IMG/VR virus record: IMGVR_UViG_2585427681_000002
Span: 1,362 to 65,361 of that record
DNA: 64,000 bases
Direction: 5' to 3' (one strand)
Source of the DNA: a virus
Lineage: Duplodnaviria; Caudoviricetes
This document shows positions 15,897-24,717 of the stretch, piece by piece. The position numbers and the translations under genes were made by a program. Position 1 is the stretch's first letter. Every line of letters starts with the position of its first letter. The notes under the pieces are model-generated. The model did no database searches. It was not told the DNA's origin and saw only the letters and a program-made list of their open reading frames with translations.

Positions 15897-15939
15897 GATT
15901 TCCCTGATACCCCTCGGGAGAAGGGCACCAAGTGAAATC
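15897..15939 (-). promoter_or_regulatory. GATTTCAC-hairpin-GGGAAATC leader, copy 2
   Basis: GATTTCAC...GGGAAATCAAACGGAGG before the 15879 start. Confidence 0.5.
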
Positions 15940-16215
15940 GTCCGCACCTGCTTACCAGGTCATTCGCTCAGTTCGGTCAACACCTCGTCCGCCGTCGCAG
16001 TGGTCTGCGCGTTGGCAGGCTTTCGGGCCTGTCGGGTCGCTGGTCGCCGGTAGAGGCAAGTGCGGTTTTGTTCATCGGTTTACTGACCTCCCACCGATGG
16101 AGCCGGGAGTGACCTAACCGGTTGGTCCGGGTAGTCGGGCATGGCGCTGGCTGTTAAAGAGCGGCGGCCGGTGAGGGCCTCCCGAGGGGCTGTGTAGTGC
16201 CTCGGCGAAGTGAAA

Positions 16216-16338
16216 TTTAGCCCCAAGCTAAAATATCGTCAATAGCTCAAAGCTAAATTATTTTCGCTGAGCGACAAAGTGCTGCCCGCTGCCACATCCA
16301 CGCTGGCCCCTTTACGTTCGATTTAGCAGTCAGCTATG
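16216..16338. promoter_or_regulatory. Left operator region (OL-like)
   Basis: TTTAGC-CCCAA-GCTAAA 16216-16232, AATAGC-TCAAA-GCTAAA 16241-16257, TTTAGC-AGTCA-GCTATG 16322-16338. Confidence 0.8.
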
Positions 16339-16350
16339 ATTCGCCAATAC

Positions 16351-16366
16351 CTGTGCGAATATACAG
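16351..16366. promoter_or_regulatory. LexA (SOS) box
   Basis: CTGTGCGAATATACAG fits CTG-N10-CAG, 19 nt before the DUF1654-like gene. Confidence 0.8.
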
Positions 16367-16384
16367 TAGTGGGGGGGTAGGAGC

Positions 16385-16714
16385 ATGGCAGCAGTACTTC
16401 AGGAAATTTCGCTCCCGGTGCGCGAGGAGCTGTCAGGGATCGAACGGTTAGGCCTGCGTGTATCGGCGATGATTAACTCGCCGATAGCGCAGTTGGGGAG
16501 GAGGGTGCTGATTCACCGCCTGGACACGGACAGCGACCAGGACTGGGAGGCGATCATGGAACTGCTATCCGAAACGGACGGCCTGGATATGACGTTCTGC
16601 GATGACGGATCGGTGATCCTGCAGTGGGAGAGGGCAGAAGATTGTGATCAAGCAGTAAGTCGGGGAGAGGATGAGGGGGACGACAATCCGAATAACGACA
16701 ATGCGCCCTTCTGA
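16385..16714 (+). CDS. DUF1654-like protein
   Basis: ERLGLRVSAMINSPIAQLGR...DDGSVILQW pattern recognised from Pseudomonas phage DUF1654. Confidence 0.75.
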   Translation: MAAVLQEISLPVREELSGIERLGLRVSAMINSPIAQLGRRVLIHRLDTDSDQDWEAIMELLSETDGLDMTFCDDGSVILQWERAEDCDQAVSRGEDEGDDNPNNDNAPF

Positions 16715-16725
16715 TGGGATCAAAT

Positions 16726-16742
16726 GCCCGCGCAAGGCGGGC
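16726..16742. terminator. Hairpin between convergent genes
   Basis: GCCCGC-GCAAG-GCGGGC. Confidence 0.55.
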
Positions 16743-16763
16743 TAGGATTTCTCGGAGGAGCCG

Positions 16764-17342
16764 TTAAAGCTTGGACGCATTGTTCTTGGTTTTTTCAGCC
16801 GCGGCGCGAGAAGCCGCTTCTGCTGCCGGCTTGTTGAGTACCGTCGCGCTGAAAGTATTTATGTCGGTCGAAAATCGCTGAAGCGTGATGCTGACGCGAG
16901 CTCCATCCCATACCAGGGTATCGTTCACAAAAGATGCCCCAGCCTTCGTTTTCACCGCAGGTGCGGTGCGCGATGTGGGCTTGCCGTACTTCTCAGTAAA
17001 AAGCTCGGCGGCCTTTTCAAAATCTTCGGTGTTACCTGTGAGCAGGAAATACTCCACCTGGGGGCCGCTCAGCCCGGCAGAAAGGTGATAGTTATACCGA
17101 AGGCCAATCGAAGGCTTTCCCTCAATCATGTAGAGATTGCCGTAGGGCTTTTCTCGGCAAAGCTGTGCTTGCTGGAAGCCAATCACGCCCGGCGCGCACT
17201 GAGGTAGAGCCATGATGCTGCTGCTTTCGAAGGTCAGGCCAAGGAAGCTCGAGGGCTCTTGGGTCCAGACCTTGGCCGTTGGCTTCGCGGCGAAGGCCGA
17301 GCTTGAAGAAATAACGAGTGCAAAGATGACGGCAGATTTCAT
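16764..17342 (-). CDS. Exported moron protein (signal peptide)
   Basis: MKSAVIFALVISSSSAFAA signal peptide. Confidence 0.8.
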   Translation of the reverse strand: MKSAVIFALVISSSSAFAAKPTAKVWTQEPSSFLGLTFESSSIMALPQCAPGVIGFQQAQLCREKPYGNLYMIEGKPSIGLRYNYHLSAGLSGPQVEYFLLTGNTEDFEKAAELFTEKYGKPTSRTAPAVKTKAGASFVNDTLVWDGARVSITLQRFSTDINTFSATVLNKPAAEAASRAAAEKTKNNASKL

Positions 17343-17384
17343 AGAAGACGTCCCTGTGAATTGAGCCGCCATCCTACCACTCTG

Positions 17385-17426
17385 GCCATCCGCCATCCGC
17401 CATCCGCCATCCGCCATCCGCCATCA
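17385..17426. repeat. Heptamer tandem repeat (GCCATCC)x5 plus GCCATCA
   Basis: Read directly; one more unit at 17368-17374. Confidence 0.95.
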
Positions 17427-17523
17427 CGCACCCAAAGAAAAGCCCGTACTGCTACGCGGGCTAAAGGGAATTCGGATGAGCCTTGACTGTGCAGGGTAGG
17501 GCGTGAAAAAGCGTGAAGGTATG

Positions 17524-17545
17524 AAAAAGCCCGCCGAGGCGGGCT
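17524..17545 (-). terminator. Intrinsic terminator after the DUF1828-like gene
   Basis: AGCCCGCC-TC-GGCGGGCT followed by a T run; second terminator at about 17437-17461. Confidence 0.75.
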
Positions 17546-17576
17546 ATGACGTTTCAGCGTATTTGCGTGGCAGGCC

Positions 17577-18341
17577 TCACGCCGCTTGAAGTGCGTCGTA
17601 TAGGTGCTGATTGTTTCCGTCGTAGACAACAATGGAAGCCGACTCGGCCAGAGCAACCATAGCTTGCTGAGTGGACTGCTCCTCGCCTCGCTCCAGAATG
17701 ATCGTGCGCTTAGTTCTGTCGCGGGAGTTTTTTAGGTCCCCCATTTTCCCGACAGCCCCATAGATGCTTGCCCAGTTCGGTTTCCCGGAGGATCCAGCCG
17801 CGATGGTCTGAATTACCATCTGATCCGGCCTGCCGATGTTGATAACGAAGGGGAAGGTCAGTTGGTGACCGCTGGCCCCGCTGAGCACGAAATCTCGTCG
17901 CAGGCTCTCCTTATACCTTCTTGCCAGGATCGACCCTACCTTGCGTTGAAATTTTGGGACATGGATAACCAGCATATCGTCACACGCATCTCCGATCCGG
18001 GATGCCGCCTCGATAAATCTGGCGATCTGGAAGCCCGCTTCATCCTGGGAGCAAACGGTATGCAGCTCCCCATTCTCGGAAAAGGACATTCCACTTAGCT
18101 TGGCAATCTCACCGAATTTTCTGGAGCGCCTCTGGTCCGGCGCTATGCCGTGCGTCATGGCCGTGAAGAGGATGTCAGAGTTATCAGTGATCCGGACCAG
18201 GCCGCGACCGATATCTTGAACAAACGCACCAATTGCCGCGCCATCAAATGCCAGGGTCAGAGGGGACTGAATGTATGTCAGGCCATCGCTGATATGGCGG
18301 CATTGAAAGCCAAGCTGCCTGCTGATGTCTGCGCAATTCAT
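17577..18341 (-). CDS. DUF1828/DUF1829-like protein
   Basis: IQSPLTLAFDG..IGAFVQ....VRITDN N-terminus; coupled to the upstream gene. Confidence 0.65.
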   Translation of the reverse strand: MNCADISRQLGFQCRHISDGLTYIQSPLTLAFDGAAIGAFVQDIGRGLVRITDNSDILFTAMTHGIAPDQRRSRKFGEIAKLSGMSFSENGELHTVCSQDEAGFQIARFIEAASRIGDACDDMLVIHVPKFQRKVGSILARRYKESLRRDFVLSGASGHQLTFPFVINIGRPDQMVIQTIAAGSSGKPNWASIYGAVGKMGDLKNSRDRTKRTIILERGEEQSTQQAMVALAESASIVVYDGNNQHLYDALQAA

Positions 18342-18862
18342 AGGAGATCCATTTGCCCGCTGTTTTCTTGCGGTCCTCGATTAGGGAGATTGAAGGGTGG
18401 TGCGCCCTCAATGTTGGCACGCTCTAGGAAGATGCGCCACAGAGCCTCAATGTGAACCCGATCGATGGGCTCTGCATAGCCAGACGAGCTTTCAGGAACA
18501 GGGGTATGAAGGTGCGGGTGGTCTGCCAGCTTCTGGAAATGCGGCATGCCCCGGCCAACAGCATTCACATGCGTGGTGGGCCCGTTTTCATCCAGGGCAA
18601 GAACCCTTGCCCCTCCGGACACCAGGGTCATGCTGACTTTGTCAGGAACTCCAGGCAAATCGCTGAACTTGTGGAACAAGTCAATGAAAAGCCCCTCTTG
18701 CACTACACCTTTACAGGAAACTGGCACGCGGCATTTATGGGCAATAGGGAACCCGTTGCCGCCCGTGCCAACCCATAAAATGGTGGTAGCTCCAGCCCAT
18801 GCTTTTTCCAGAGAAATCGCCGACATAGCATCGACGTATGGAATTTTTCCGGCTTTCGCCAT
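18338..18862 (-). CDS. Hypothetical protein with His-rich motif, partner of the DUF1828-like gene
   Basis: LALDENGPTTHVN...HPHLH; ATGA overlap. Confidence 0.7.
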   Translation of the reverse strand: MAKAGKIPYVDAMSAISLEKAWAGATTILWVGTGGNGFPIAHKCRVPVSCKGVVQEGLFIDLFHKFSDLPGVPDKVSMTLVSGGARVLALDENGPTTHVNAVGRGMPHFQKLADHPHLHTPVPESSSGYAEPIDRVHIEALWRIFLERANIEGAPPFNLPNRGPQENSGQMDLL

Positions 18863-18972
18863 CCCCTGCTCCCTGCCACTAGGGTGTTGTAGTTATTGGT
18901 CGACGCCATGTCAGATGGCGTGGCCGATGGAGCGGCGCTAATTGGCCTTCTGTCGTGCAATCTTTCCTGCTT

Positions 18973-19176
18973 TCACCTCATCCCCATACCCACCAGCCGA
19001 TCCTCCCCAGCCTGCATCACCTGGCAGATCCTGATCACTGCCTGGGCGTCGGTCGAATTTCCCGCCTCGCTCAGGCTAACCGCAATCCGCATCAGCTCGA
19101 CGGCTGACCACTTGAGGTCGGAGACCAGTCCTTCGAGGTCGCGGCGGAGGTCTTGGTTGGGCTTGGTTAGGGTCAT
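18973..19176 (-). CDS. Small hypothetical protein downstream of cI
   Basis: MTLTKPNQDLRRDL; starts 2 nt after the cI stop. Confidence 0.65.
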   Translation of the reverse strand: MTLTKPNQDLRRDLEGLVSDLKWSAVELMRIAVSLSEAGNSTDAQAVIRICQVMQAGEDRLVGMGMR

Positions 19177-19178
19177 GG

Positions 19179-19985
19179 TTACACCGGCTGGCCATTCCAC
19201 ACGTAAAGCACTCGAGCGAGAATGTGGGTATCGTCCACGCGAATCTCCTCGGGGTCGTGATGCTTGTTGTCCGAGATCATCTTGAAGCGATCCCGGCCTT
19301 TCTTCTGCAGGCGCTTCACGTACAGCATTTCGTCGTGGGAGAAGAGGTAGATGCCATCCCCAGTGAATTCACGGATCGTGATGTCGACGAGCAAAGGATC
19401 ACGGTCCTTGATGGTCGGAGCCATCGACTGACCCCATCCGGTGATCATTTTCAGGTGGAAGTGCTCTTTGAACTTCACACCCATCTCGCGCAAATGCGTA
19501 GGGCTGACCCGAATGTCCTGGAGCATCTCGGGATAGTCGTGGGGGATCTGCCCGCCACCCATCGCGGCTCGAACGTCGTAGTGGGCAATCCACACCTCAT
19601 CCCCGACCACGCCTGGACGTGAAAAGTCGGCGGTGATGACGTTCGACTTGGGTTCTTCTGCCGCGGCGAGCAGTCGCTGGCGCGTTTCTTCAGAAATCCC
19701 TTTGCCACTCTTCGCAAGCATCTGCTTCACCAGGTCAGATGCTGAGGCCGGGGCAGAGTCAACCTCTGGCGCCTCATCCGGCATTGAGTCGAACCAGCCG
19801 CGCGGCAAACCCTCGAGCCCCTCTATGCGCCTAGCAACATCATCGCCCAGGTTCTTGGCCGTCTTGTCGGAAAGGATCTGGCTCAAGTGCGCAGCCGACA
19901 TCTCCCAGCGCTCGGCACAGGCCCCTTTTCTCTGGCTGCCAATCAGCTTTACCAGGTTGTGCTTGCGAATCTCGTAGATATCCAT
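19179..19985 (-). CDS. cI: CI-like repressor (HTH plus S24 autopeptidase)
   Basis: N-terminal HTH; AMGGG cleavage-type site; GQSMAP (Ser) and YVKRL (Lys). Confidence 0.93.
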   Translation of the reverse strand: MDIYEIRKHNLVKLIGSQRKGACAERWEMSAAHLSQILSDKTAKNLGDDVARRIEGLEGLPRGWFDSMPDEAPEVDSAPASASDLVKQMLAKSGKGISEETRQRLLAAAEEPKSNVITADFSRPGVVGDEVWIAHYDVRAAMGGGQIPHDYPEMLQDIRVSPTHLREMGVKFKEHFHLKMITGWGQSMAPTIKDRDPLLVDITIREFTGDGIYLFSHDEMLYVKRLQKKGRDRFKMISDNKHHDPEEIRVDDTHILARVLYVWNGQPV

Positions 19986-20004
19986 GCGGCGAAGAATGCC
20001 AGTG

Positions 20005-20071
20005 TTTAGCTGGCTGCTAAATGTGCGCAAAGCTAAATTTTCCCTTGCTTGAGTATTAGCCGTAAGCTAAA
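20005..20071. promoter_or_regulatory. Right operator region (OR-like), three sites
   Basis: TTTAGC-TGGCT-GCTAAA 20005-20021, ATGTGC-GCAAA-GCTAAA 20021-20037, ATTAGC-CGTAA-GCTAAA 20055-20071. Confidence 0.85.
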
Positions 20072-20099
20072 TTTCGCTTTATGTGTAAGGAGAACCCTC

Positions 20100-20336
20100 A
20101 TGAATGATCACCTCCGTGATTGGTTGGGCGGGGCCACGAACGAGCGGCGTCAGCAGGTAGCTGGTGCTGCGAACACAACCGTTGGCCACCTATGGCAGCT
20201 CGCAGGTGGTCACCGGAAGGCTTCTGCCGAACTTGCTGAACGACTGCAGGACGCCTCTGGTGGCGAAATCACCATCGCCGGCCTGCGCCCCGATCTCATC
20301 CCATTCGCACGAAAAGCGCTCAAGGGCGCTGCGTAA
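20100..20336 (+). CDS. cro: Cro-like HTH protein
   Basis: Divergent from cI; AAGGAG RBS; HTH TTVGHLWQLAGGHRKAS. Confidence 0.88.
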   Translation: MNDHLRDWLGGATNERRQQVAGAANTTVGHLWQLAGGHRKASAELAERLQDASGGEITIAGLRPDLIPFARKALKGAA

Positions 20337-20365
20337 TTCTTTTCTCTGGAAGGAGCCATCCCAGC

Positions 20366-20554
20366 ATGTACGCCAACCCCAAGCACCTGCACGACCGGGA
20401 AATCAAGGTCCGGGTCGACGAGGACACGTTCAACCTGATCCAGGCGCTGGCTGCGTTTCATCGAACCCAGCGTGCAGTGCTTTGCCGCGAGCTGCTCGAG
20501 GCGCAGCTGGCCGCGTTGGCTTCGGAGAATACCGACGATAAGAGCGTGGCCTGA
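20366..20554 (+). CDS. Small RHH-like regulator
   Basis: EIKVRVDEDTFNLI strand-helix-helix pattern. Confidence 0.7.
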   Translation: MYANPKHLHDREIKVRVDEDTFNLIQALAAFHRTQRAVLCRELLEAQLAALASENTDDKSVA

Positions 20555-20572
20555 AGGCCCGGAGGAGGGCCC

Positions 20573-20752
20573 ATGCCTACTGAACAGGTCGGCCTGGACC
20601 AGGAACTGATGGAGCAGCTGGTGCGCGAGGCGGAGCGTCGGGGGATGACGCCTTCCGCACTCGCTGCAGATTTGATCCGTCGTGAGCTGGCTAGCCGAAC
20701 AAAACCGCGGAATCCCCGTGGCTCTGTTGCACCTTTCCATCGCCGGGCCTGA
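20573..20752 (+). CDS. Small RHH-like protein (59 aa, MPTEQVGLDQ...)
   Basis: Read by hand; GGAGG RBS. Confidence 0.7.
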   Translation: MPTEQVGLDQELMEQLVREAERRGMTPSALAADLIRRELASRTKPRNPRGSVAPFHRRA

Positions 20753-20966
20753 GCAGGCCCTGATAAGCCCGAGTAGCGGGCACTCGAAGCCGCCCATGGA
20801 GGCGGCTCTTCACATCAGCGTTACGGGGGAAATCATGCATACCCGTGCACCCGTTTTTTACTCGTCCCTTCGTGTGTTGGCGCCGCCAGCCGGGAAGGGC
20901 TGACATGCAGCACACCCTTCGCACCAACAGGATGGCCAGCCTTCGTCAGCATCTGCGGGTGACCGT

Positions 20967-21950
20967 ATGACGCTCGAGGAACTGCTGGATCGTCCCATTG
21001 CATTCCAGCGCTCGTTTGTATCGCTCGGCGTAGGCATCACCGGGGCCCTGATGCTGTCCCAGGCGATCTACTGGTCGAACCGTACCGACGACGCTGATGG
21101 CTGGTTCTACAAGACCATGGAGGACTGGGAAGTGGAGACCGGAATGACCCGTTCCGAGCAGGAGAGCGCGCGCAAGAAACTCGTCAAATGCGGCGTCTTG
21201 GAGGAGATGAAAAAGGGCGTGCCGTGCAGGCTCTATTTCCGCGTGAATCTGGGCTCCATCGCAGCAAACTTGAATGTGGAAATCCCGCAATCCAGCAAGC
21301 GGAAATCCCGCAAGCCAGTTTGCAGGAATCCTGCAAACAAGAGTGCAGGAAAGCAGCAGGCAAGCCCGCGGAAAACCCGCCAGCAAGCTCGCGGAAATCC
21401 TGCAAACCTTACAGAGAATACAACAGAGACTACTGCAGAGATTACGGCAGAGACTACAGCAGGTTCTTTGCAGGACGCTCCGGCTGCGCCGCAGCAACCT
21501 GCCGTGCTGGCGGTCGTTTCGGTCGAGACGCCGCGGTGCGAAATCCCTGCCGACATGCCGGGCCCGAAAGACCCCACCTGCAAGACCTACAAGTCCTGGG
21601 CGAACTACGCGATGGCCTACCGCAAGCGCTACGACGCCTGGCCGGTGTGGAACGCTCGGGTCGCCGGGCAGATGGGCCAGCTCGTTGACCGCCTCGGCGC
21701 CGACTTCGCCCACCACGTCGCCGCGTTCTTCGTCGGGATCAACGACTCGAAGCTCATCAATGGCTGCCACAACCTGGGCGACCTGTTGTTCAAGTGCGAG
21801 GCCTACCACACCCAGTGGAGGACCAACCGCCAGATGAACTCGACGACCGCTCGCCAGTTGGAGCAGACGCAAGCGAACCTGAACGCCGGCCTGGAGGCTG
21901 CGCAGCGGATCATGGATCGCGCCGGAGGTCAGTCGAATGAATTCCTCTAA
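20967..21950 (+). CDS. Replication initiator (O-like)
   Basis: N-terminal winged helix, low-complexity linker, position after cro. Confidence 0.85.
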   Translation: MTLEELLDRPIAFQRSFVSLGVGITGALMLSQAIYWSNRTDDADGWFYKTMEDWEVETGMTRSEQESARKKLVKCGVLEEMKKGVPCRLYFRVNLGSIAANLNVEIPQSSKRKSRKPVCRNPANKSAGKQQASPRKTRQQARGNPANLTENTTETTAEITAETTAGSLQDAPAAPQQPAVLAVVSVETPRCEIPADMPGPKDPTCKTYKSWANYAMAYRKRYDAWPVWNARVAGQMGQLVDRLGADFAHHVAAFFVGINDSKLINGCHNLGDLLFKCEAYHTQWRTNRQMNSTTARQLEQTQANLNAGLEAAQRIMDRAGGQSNEFL

Positions 21951-22734
21951 CCGCATGGCGCCCGACCAGATCGCCCGCCTGGCTCTGGCCATCTGCGCAA
22001 CCGCCGAGGCTTTGGGACAAGCCGTCACTCCGACGGCAGCCGAAGTCATGGCCGATGACCTGGCGGACTTCGCGCCGGATGTCGTCGCCGCAGCGCTCAA
22101 GTCCTGCCGCCGGGAACTGACTGCCCGGCTGACCATGGGGGCGATCCTGCAGCGCATCCAGGCGGCTGACGGCCGCCCTGGGAAGGACGAGGCCTGGTCC
22201 ATCGCGCTCTCCGCGAGCGACGAGTTCGAAACTGTGGTTCTCACTCCGGAGATCCGTCAGGCCATGGCCGCTTCGAACCCGATCCTTCGGGCCGGCGACA
22301 AGGTTGGAGCACGCATGGCGTTCATGAGCTCCTACGAGCGCTTGGTCACCTTCGCACGATCCGAGGCCAAGCCGGTGGAGTGGGAGGTCTCTCTGGGCTG
22401 CGACCCCCTTCGGCGAGTCACCGCGATTGAGGGCGCAGTCCGCTCGCAGCTGATCAGCCACGAAACCGGAGCCCAGTACCTGGCCGACCTCCGATTGGAG
22501 CCGATCACCAGCGAAGGGCAGGCCATTGCCGGCCTGCTCACCGGCGAGGTACGCCCGCAAGTATCGCCTGAACTCCGCGCAAAGCTGGACCAGGTCCGTT
22601 CGATTCTGTCGGCAAGCAAGATCCAGAAGGAGCACGCCCGTCGCAAGGAGGCCCAGCGCCACCGCGTCGGGATCTATCTGCGCAAGCGTGAAGCACGAGC
22701 TGCGATCGCCAACTATCTCGGGAGCGCTCAATGA
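21937..22734 (+). CDS. Replication protein (P-like/helicase-loader position)
   Basis: Overlaps the O-like gene. Confidence 0.7.
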   Translation: MNSSNRMAPDQIARLALAICATAEALGQAVTPTAAEVMADDLADFAPDVVAAALKSCRRELTARLTMGAILQRIQAADGRPGKDEAWSIALSASDEFETVVLTPEIRQAMAASNPILRAGDKVGARMAFMSSYERLVTFARSEAKPVEWEVSLGCDPLRRVTAIEGAVRSQLISHETGAQYLADLRLEPITSEGQAIAGLLTGEVRPQVSPELRAKLDQVRSILSASKIQKEHARRKEAQRHRVGIYLRKREARAAIANYLGSAQ

Positions 22735-23201
22735 AGCCACTGATCACTTTGCAAATGCAGCCTTGCCCAACGAGCTGTGTATCCACCTGCATGGCGATGA
22801 TCGTCGAGCGGCCGACGGCCGATCTGATCAAAGAATTCCACCAGGCGTACCGGGATGGCGACATCACGTTGCGCAACATGTTGGATTTCCTGGGCGTCGG
22901 TTACACAGCGTTCTACAGCGTCGACTGCCCACCACTGGCTGATGAGGGCGTGTACCTGTGCACTGCGCCGTCTCTGAACATCCAGGCTGGGAATCACCAG
23001 ATCCTGATTGAGGTGACGGATGACGGCTATTTCGTCTTCGACCCGGTGCGGGGGCGCGAAGATCGCATGTTCTACGTCGCCCGGGGTAAGGGCGAAGGTG
23101 ACCCGCTTGCAGTTGACCTCGGCGGATTCGTGGTCGACGCCTTCGTCTCACGCTGCCAGGTGCTCGCCGCTCGTAGTGGCCAGCCGGCGGAGGTCGCATG
23201 A
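22731..23201 (+). CDS. C39-like cysteine peptidase-fold protein
   Basis: QPCPTSCVSTCMAM...NHQILI...VFDP (Q, C, H, D pattern). Confidence 0.55.
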   Translation: MKPLITLQMQPCPTSCVSTCMAMIVERPTADLIKEFHQAYRDGDITLRNMLDFLGVGYTAFYSVDCPPLADEGVYLCTAPSLNIQAGNHQILIEVTDDGYFVFDPVRGREDRMFYVARGKGEGDPLAVDLGGFVVDAFVSRCQVLAARSGQPAEVA

Positions 23202-23431
23202 AGACCGTGATGACCCTCGACAAGGGCAGGCTTCAGCCCCTGCTGTGGTCGGTCGTGGCCGCCTGGCGCACCGGTGACAGTGATCAGCAGCGCCACACCG
23301 ACGCACTGGACGAGTTCCTGGGTGACATCACGGTCGAGGAGGTTGCTCTCGGACTGCTGGAAGAGATTCGCCAACTGAGCGCCCAGGTGCGTGTCGCGGA
23401 ACAGCATCTGCAGGAGGTGGCTCATGGTTGA
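23198..23431 (+). CDS. Hypothetical nin-region protein
   Basis: GGAGG RBS, coupled. Confidence 0.7.
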   Translation: MKTVMTLDKGRLQPLLWSVVAAWRTGDSDQQRHTDALDEFLGDITVEEVALGLLEEIRQLSAQVRVAEQHLQEVAHG

Positions 23432-23672
23432 TCTCAACTCACTCTCGCCACAGGCGCGCTCCGCTGCAATGCGTGGCGGCGTGGATGGTTGGGGGCAATG
23501 GGGGAACGGTATCCAGCACATCCGCTACATGGAACCGAAGCCAGCCAAGGCTCGGCGCCACTGCCATTGCGGCTGCAAGCGTCGGGCTACCCATTACGGC
23601 TGTGCGAATGGCGTCACACTCATCAGCGGGTGTGAGCTTCGCATCCGACGTTGGGTAAGGGAGGGCAGGTGA
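23424..23672 (+). CDS. Hypothetical Cys/His-rich protein
   Basis: GGAGG RBS; HCHCGC...HYGC. Confidence 0.7.
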   Translation: MVDLNSLSPQARSAAMRGGVDGWGQWGNGIQHIRYMEPKPAKARRHCHCGCKRRATHYGCANGVTLISGCELRIRRWVREGR

Positions 23673-24142
23673 TGGCTGAGAGGATCAGCGTCAACAGCCA
23701 GGCCAAGCTGACGGAGGCCGTCACGCTGCTCACGCAGCTCTTCCGCGAGAAGAAGTTCGTGGTAGTCAGCATGCGCCCGGGGAAGGACCGCACCCTGGAT
23801 CAGAATGCATTGTGGTTTTCGATGTACGAGCGGATCGCCAAATCGACCGAAATGGGCGACGTCGAGGATGTCCGCCGGTACTGCAAGCTACACCACGGCG
23901 TCCCGATCATGCGCTCGGCCAGCGCCGAGTTTCGTGAAGGCTACAACCTGGCGCTGCTGCACCTGCCCTACGAGATCAAGCTCCGCTGGATGGGGGCTTG
24001 TGCCATGTTCGGCCCTGACGGTTTCCCGGTGACCCGGCTGCTCACCCGGGAGCAGGGCTGCATGTACACCGACCGCATCGCCGTCGAGTTCACGGCCAAG
24101 GGCGTGTTCTTCGGGGATCTGCTGGGGGAGGCTGCCGCGTGA
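23672..24142 (+). CDS. NinB-like protein
   Basis: RTLDQNALW resembles NinB RSxxQNA. Confidence 0.65.
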   Translation: MAERISVNSQAKLTEAVTLLTQLFREKKFVVVSMRPGKDRTLDQNALWFSMYERIAKSTEMGDVEDVRRYCKLHHGVPIMRSASAEFREGYNLALLHLPYEIKLRWMGACAMFGPDGFPVTRLLTREQGCMYTDRIAVEFTAKGVFFGDLLGEAAA

Positions 24143-24717
24143 GGACGCCTCTCAAGGAAGTGAAGCGGAAAACGTGCAAGTCCTGCGGCGAGAAGTTCAC
24201 GCCGAGCTTCAACAGCACGCAGGTGGTCTGCAGCCCCAAGTGCGCCCTGGATCATGCGCCGGCGAACCAGGAGAAGGCGCGTAAGGCGATCGCCCAGCGA
24301 GAGCGCCGCGCTGTCCAGGTCCGCAAGCAGAAACTCAAGAGCCGCGCCGACTACGTGCGTGAAGTCCAGACGGTGTTCAACCAGTGGGTTCGCCTGCGTG
24401 ATGCGGACTTGCCATGCATCAGCTGCGGCCGTCACCACCAGGGCCAGTACCACGCCGGACACTACCGCACCGTAGGCGCGAACCCGGAGCTCCGCTTCGA
24501 GCCGCTCAACGTCCACAAGCAGTGCGCGCCCTGCAACAACCACAAGTCCGGCGACATCGTGAATTACCGGATCAACCTGGTACGCCGGATCGGCGCCGAG
24601 GCAATCGCGTTTCTTGAAGGGCCTCATGAGGCCCGCCGCTACACAATCGAAGATTTGAAGGCCCTGAAGGCCGAGTACAAAGCCAAGATCAAGGAATTGA
24701 AAGGGGAAGCAGCATGA
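24139..24717 (+). CDS. ninG: NinG/Rap recombination endonuclease
   Basis: CISCG...HAGHYRT...NVHKQCAPCNNHKSG. Confidence 0.92.
   Translation: MRTPLKEVKRKTCKSCGEKFTPSFNSTQVVCSPKCALDHAPANQEKARKAIAQRERRAVQVRKQKLKSRADYVREVQTVFNQWVRLRDADLPCISCGRHHQGQYHAGHYRTVGANPELRFEPLNVHKQCAPCNNHKSGDIVNYRINLVRRIGAEAIAFLEGPHEARRYTIEDLKALKAEYKAKIKELKGEAA

Noticed and set aside
17368-17426. CRISPR array
   Set aside because: 7-bp tandem units without spacers; no CRISPR array or cas gene seen anywhere in the window.
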